Source: Pseudogymnoascus verrucosus
Taxonomy: Eukaryota
NCBI GenBank assembly: GCA_001662655.1
Contig: KV460276.1
Strand: one strand, 5' to 3'
Length of the DNA stretch: 64,000 nucleotides
Shown here: positions 58,870 to 64,000 of the stretch, in pieces
Layout of the letters: each line of letters begins with the position of its first letter
How positions within the stretch are numbered: the stretch's first letter is position 1
Made by a program: the position numbers and the translations under genes
The notes under the pieces: generated by a model
What the model was told of the DNA's origin: nothing
The model's database searches: none
Seen by the model: the letters and a program-made list of their open reading frames with translations, nothing else

Positions 58870-59650
58870 GTTGCCTCCAACGGCGGTATCTCACCAAATG
58901 CCGAGCTCCCGTGGGGGTTCAGGTACTTCGCAGCTTGCCAGATGTTGGCGTTGTCTGCGAGAAAGTGTGTAGTTTTCACTCCCAGCCCCGATTCTGGTGC
59001 CAGTCGATCAGACTGGCGATTATACCGGCGATGAGTTCTGCCGACGAGACTGTCCCAGGTACTAGAACCTACAGAGTAGTCGTAATAGCTAGATCAATAG
59101 AGTATGCGTATTCTCACGATTCAATTGGGACCAGTCGATGCTTTAGCTCTCCTTTCAGACGCCCGATGCTAGCAAGACTCAATTTCTGAGTTCAACAGAA
59201 AGTCACTCCAAGTGAGTCTTCTTTTGTTTGCGGATTGCTTCGTGATATTGTTGTGCGGCAGCCTTCGCCTGCCTCTCGAGTTCAGGTACTGCGCGTCCAG
59301 CTCGATATTCAGCCCTAGCTTAACTCCTCCACTGTGTATAGAATCGGCGGAGCTAGGTTACGTCCGTTGTTCACCATCACTTTGCGTAGTGTCATGGTTT
59401 GGCCTTCGGAATGAGCGCATGAACTGCTTCTAGCACCGCCGTCATCAGTCGATCTTACAGCTGCTGTCAATTGACCCCGACTGGGAGAGTGTGAAGGGTA
59501 GGGCTAATCCTCGTTCTTATGTCGTTTCACGGGGAGTTTCTAAAAAGAAATCTCCCTTCAACAACTGGATCCGGGCTTACGTCGTCAAAACTATGTCTCA
59601 ATTGCTCTATTGTCCGAGCCATGCTCGGTCGTATGTATGGCACACTTCAC
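58870..59650 (-). mobile_element. Degenerate Tad1-like LINE (non-LTR retrotransposon) fragment: end of the APE endonuclease plus the pre-RT linker
   Basis: CAIHTTEHGSDNRAIET (APE SDH-like motif)...RFLFRNSP*...DRLMTAVLEAVHALIPKAKP*HYAK*W*TTD...AKAAAQQYHEAIRKQK..H.WSDF|LADNANIWQAAKYL, with many stops. Confidence 0.8.
58966..59197. mobile_element. Solo LTR (232 bp, TG...CA) with a 5-bp target-site duplication GAAAG, inserted in the LINE relic
   Basis: GAAAG(58961-58965)-TGTGTAG...GTTCAACA-GAAAG(59198-59202). Removing it restores the LINE frame D-F-L-A-D-N on the minus strand. Confidence 0.85.
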
Positions 59651-60297
59651 CACTGATAATGTCATTCTCATTGTTCTGCATGTTCCATTAGATGGCGAAA
59701 AGAGAGAACCGTGGCTGTGCAATCATGTCCCATAGTCAAGTGTCCTTCAATATTATGTGCTGACGAATATAACTAGTATTCTTGGCTAGACTACTCCCAT
59801 CTCTTGGCATGAACACTACAAAATCATCTCTCTCAGGACTCATAATGAAACTTCCTTTCCGGGCGATCTAACTGAAGTTTAATATTATAGAAAGACAGCC
59901 AGAAAAGCCAGTTCGTTTCAAACCAGGTTTGAAATAGGCCCTTCTATCTCTACTATATTGCTCGGCTATTAGTAATGCCAACCAGCGGGAGCATCATCAC
60001 GCCATGGAGTACAGTATGGACATATGTTGGTACAACAGCATTAGACCTGTGGTACTTTTCGTTGCTACATTCAAGTGATATTAAGAATGGTACTTCTAGA
60101 GTTTGCCATTTACTTCTATCGGCCTCACCCTGATATCCTAGAGTTTCTCTTAACATTTCTCTTAGAGATCCCACCGTACTTCTCGCTCGCGATCCTCGTC
60201 TTAGGTCGATGTGGAGTGGCCAGTAGCCAGTCTCTAGTACTCTGGTCACGGCTGTGCCTGGTGTGCCGAACCTCGCTCGTGTTCTCGTACCGTGTCA

Positions 60298-61395
60298 CTA
60301 ACCCTTTCTGTTCGCAGCCCATGTCTTCTCCTGCTCAAATAAATCCCGTGCCATGTCCGTGATGGTCTCCCTCAGCGGAGTGAAATTTATACCGAGCTCC
60401 TCCCTCGCCCTAGAGTTGTCCAGCAAGATAACTTTCTTTGGCGCAGCGCCTGGTACACCCTCTGGCGTCCGATCACGAACCTCGGGTAGCACTTCCCGTA
60501 TGATATCCACAATCTGCTGGTATGTGCAAGGCCCGCCAGTGGTGAAATAACGATCGCTCTTATCTGCCTGGTACGCTCTGATATGAGCCTCAGCAACGTC
60601 ACGGACATTGACAAAGTTGTAGAATATGTCATCTGGGACCTCTTTTTCTGCACCGCTCATCAGACGGTAGACATCAGCCACGGATGCCGGGATTTTAGTG
60701 GCAGATTCAAAGGGGATAGCAGATACCCCATACATCCATGGAGGCATTATGGTGGAGATAGAGAAGCTCGGATGGGCGGCTTGCACATACTCCCAAGCGG
60801 CCTTTTCTGCAAGTGCCTTCGAAGCACAATAGCATAGCGTACCATCTCCAGCCCTAGCTTCTTCATATGTCGTTGAGCACCAGTCGCGCTCGCTGTATGT
60901 ATGGTTCGCTCTCGGCAGGTCATTCAGATCAAACATGGCAGCGAACGATGACGTGATGACAACTCTTTTGACTCTGGAGTTGTACTTCGTGATTGCCTTT
61001 AAGATCCCAGTGGTCCCATTGATAGACGGGATGAGGAGGTCGCGCTCGTTTTCCTCAACATGAAGTGCAAATGGGGCAGCGGTATGGATGACCTAGAAAG
61101 AACTATCAGCGACTTCAAAGATGCTGATTTGGACTGAGCTTACTCCATCAACATCCTTAACGGCCTCATCAAAAGCACTATCGACCGACAGGTCAGGTAT
61201 GATTACGAAAGTAAGAGAAGCATGATGCTTTACGGAGATTGCACTCTTCACTCTATTTTCTGCTGCCTGGTTTCGTACTGTCGCACGGACGCTAAATCCA
61301 TATTCAAGTAGTTGCTTCAGGATATGACCCGCCAGGTATCCCGATGCGCCCGTCAAGAGAATAGTTTCCTTCTCAGAGCTTCGAGGAGGGGCCAT
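60298..61395 (-). CDS. NAD(P)-dependent epimerase/dehydratase-family aldehyde/ketoreductase (Gre2/Ari1-like), intron 61143-61093
   Basis: ILLTGASGYLAGHI (TGxxGxxA), DG|VIHTAAPF, VVITSSFAA, the catalytic YCASK and VNVRDVAEAH. Confidence 0.92.
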
Positions 61396-61843
61396 AGTGA
61401 GTAATGTAATAACTTGATAGATGGCCGTTGTGAGCGAAAATAACGCTGAGAGTGAGAAATCTTCATCTAAATATGTAGTCCTCTGCTTCAAGTTCGTTTG
61501 TTTGGCACCTTCTCACATGGCTTGTACGTCGCAGCAATTTATTGCTTTTCGCGCTAGTAGAAAGTACACTTTCCATAAAAGGGAGTACACTTGCCATAAA
61601 TGGAAACTCAGGTAATGTAGAACCATAACCTAATAGGATTTATCTGTGGCCTATAGTAATTGCACAAAACACGATTGCTGTAATATTGTGGTTTTCCTAA
61701 GGATACACCGTGTGTCAGCATTCTGACCAAGCAAATAATTATTTCGTAACTTAGTGCATATTCTCAACAGAGTCTGGTAAAAAGTTTCATCATTCCCATT
61801 CAATTCCAATTATTTGGCGTAGCAAAATCCACTCTCTTTACCC

Positions 61844-63024
61844 ATGAGTCCAATTCCGTACAATATCATCCAGGAGTGGGAACGACAAGTTCTGTCCATG
61901 GACGACCCTTTCATAGCTGGAATCCCGAAGATTGAACTCCACGTCCACATTGAGGGAACTTTAACTCCAGAGCTCCGATGGAAACTTGGCCAACGGAATG
62001 GCATTTCTCTCGGATCCAAAAGACTTCGGAAAGACTTCCACTCATTAGAGCAATTGAAACAATCTTACGATTTACTCCGACCTCGCAGCGTCAAAGGAAG
62101 TGGTCAAGTTTCTGCTTTTTTCGATGCCTATTACGGTGGAATGGAGGTGTTGAGAGTAGAAGAAGATTTTTACGATCTCGCTATGGATTATTTCCTTAAA
62201 GCGGCCGCGATGAAGGTTCGATATTGCGAGCCTTCCTTTGATCCACAAGCCCATACACGCCGAGGGGTCAAATTCGAGACCTTCATGAGAGGGTTCAGGA
62301 GAGCGCAAATTGATGCCGACCGAAAGCTCAATGTAAGAAATTCAAATCAGCTTTAGCTTTCCCTTCAGCGCTGACGGGACGTAAGGTCAAGTCGGCATGG
62401 ATCATGTGTATGCTGCGAGATATGCCTCCACAGGCAGCAATAGAGCATTACGAGGCAGCTTTGCCATACAAAGACATGATTATGGGAGTTGGACTTGATT
62501 CAAACGAGTACGATCGGCCACCTTCACTATTTGAAGAACTGTATCTCCGTGCTCGTGCAGATGGATTCAAGCTCACGTGCCATTGTGATGTCACCCAAAA
62601 GAATACCCACGAGCATATTCGCCAAGTAGCTGAATCTGTCGGTGGTACTGGAGCTGAAAGATGTGATCATGGCTTAGACGCTGCAGAGTCCCCAGAACTA
62701 GTTTCTCTCATCAAGCACAAGGATCTCGGGGTAACACTGTGTCCATGGGCGTATGTGCGACACCATACTGAAGTAGACCTTTTCAAGCATATTCGAACCC
62801 TTTTCGATGCAGGTATCAAGGTTAACATTAGCAGTGATAGCCCGGCATATATGGAAAGCAATTGGGTCACTCAAAACCTTCTATTGGTCCGATTAAAGTG
62901 CAAGTTTACAAATGATGAGATAGCAAAAGTAGAGAAAAATGGAGTGGAGATCTGCTGGGCGCCCAAGGAGGTGAAGGAGAACATCCTCAGGGAGATAGAG
63001 AACTTTTGCAATTCTAGCAGTTAG
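61844..63024 (+). CDS. Adenine/adenosine deaminase-family metallo-hydrolase (intron 62333-62385)
   Basis: PKIELHVHIEGTL, YCEPSFDPQAHT.RG, GVGLDSNE, TCHCD, RCDHG, TLCP and ISSDSPAY. Confidence 0.92.
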
Positions 63025-63329
63025 CAGTCTCGGGGAAATATGCTGTATTTCATATCGAAATCTAAGCTAATATAACGAAGCTGACGTGACTTTGCTTGGG
63101 CATTTACTTAGGGAGAAGAGGTGAGGAAAGAGTGTAAAACGGATTTTCTGGGTAACTTACCTATTATCTTCCGAATCTTATCATCGTTCTTCAATTGTGA
63201 CCAGTATGATGCAGCGAATTTTAAAATAAGAGCTCGTAGAGTCGAGTGAGTTGATGAGGTGGCTGGCGTGTTATCGCATGTAACAGCAATATGTCTGGCG
63301 AGTGTTTTTATAGCAATTTTGATTAACCC

Positions 63330-63672
63330 TCCACCCCAAGAGATGGTTCTTCACCCTCCATGCACCACCGCCGCTCACTTCTAGCATCTAGGAACTAACT
63401 CATTAGGTACGCCTGCATGGCTTCGCGGTCAGGTGACAGATACCCTACGCATTGCGCTTCCACCGTGACCGCAGTAATCAGTAATATGATCGATGATGCC
63501 TTGCCCCCATCCCGCCCAGCTGTCCAGACTCCTGCGAGAAGTCTGTCATCTTCTGAGGAGAGTCCACATGGATAACCCACCGGACAAACGGGTAATTAAA
63601 TCCAATCCCTAGAGCGCTTGTCGCCACGATCGCTGGCTGCGCCAGCCTACTAAGCCATTCCGACAGGATCAC
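63330..63672 (-). pseudogene. RecQ-like helicase C-terminal (HELICc) relic with a frameshift
   Basis: IVATSALGIGFNYP.VRWVIH...DFSQESG / AGRDG...SIIL (motifs V and VI). The expected QESGRAGRDG is broken by a 1-nt loss near 63523, and a stop follows. Confidence 0.8.
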
Positions 63673-64000
63673 TATGATGCACCACTCCCACTTCTATGTC
63701 CTCTGTGCAGGCTGACAAACAAGCTAATTGTCTAAGTTCTCCCAACACCCGGACTTTATATTTTACATCTACGATATAATACCCATCCGACAGGCTACAG
63801 TAGGGAATTACCTCCAGGTTAGGAAAGGTTATTGGTCTCAGGCTACCGCCGACATAGGTAAGTTGTCAGGTGATGGGATACACGTTGCTGCTGCTCAATT
63901 CAGGGACAAGGGCAAGATTTCGAACCCTATTGTTCGTACCCTCATTATCAATATGAGGATCATATTGTCTTTTAACCCAGAATCATATGGAGAGAAGATA

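Noticed and set aside
59916..59934. Short palindrome TTTCAAACC-A-GGTTTGAAA
   Set aside because: It has only 9-bp arms and no associated element ends or TSD, so it could arise by chance.
54100..64000. Calling the right-hand island a Starship element
   Set aside because: No DUF3435 tyrosine-recombinase captain or element boundary is visible in this window.
63700..64000. Possible continuation of the RecQ-like helicase towards the window end
   Set aside because: No helicase motifs could be read in this stretch, so it is left unannotated.

Overview
This is eukaryotic DNA from a filamentous ascomycete (Pezizomycotina), inferred from short GT-AG introns with CTAAC/CTGAC branch sites and fungal-type gene families. 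No rRNA, tRNA, CRISPR or prokaryotic features were seen. The centre (about 6-51 kb) is mostly conserved housekeeping genes: an Xbp1-like APSES factor, TOP2, IST1, a FUSC/ArAE membrane protein, a GFA protein, AP-2 sigma, Nma111 protease, septin Cdc3, a DHA1 MFS transporter, CSN12, a CE16 esterase and an SSXT-domain protein. Two unusual genes sit among them. One is an apparently intronless 1264-aa protein joining N-terminal tandem repeats, a JmjC domain with intact HxD...H ligands, a CXC-like Cys cluster and three GATA-like zinc fingers; it is the best candidate for an undescribed system here. The other is an orphan with two RRM-like repeats. The left end carries a DJ-1/PfpI gene, a dead small secreted-protein ORF and a multi-intron dynamin-like GTPase. 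The right end (about 52-64 kb) is an accessory island. It holds a HET + ZZ-finger gene, pseudogenes with RIP-like stops (Som1/Flo8-motif ORF, DUF3505-like zinc finger), a frameshifted RecQ-like helicase relic and a Tad1-like LINE relic with a solo LTR inserted between 5-bp target-site duplications. It also holds an apparently intact transcription factor / reductase / deaminase trio. Intergenic fold-back hairpins and degenerate minisatellites are present, and there is a 135-N assembly gap. All family assignments come from motif recognition by eye, not from database searches.
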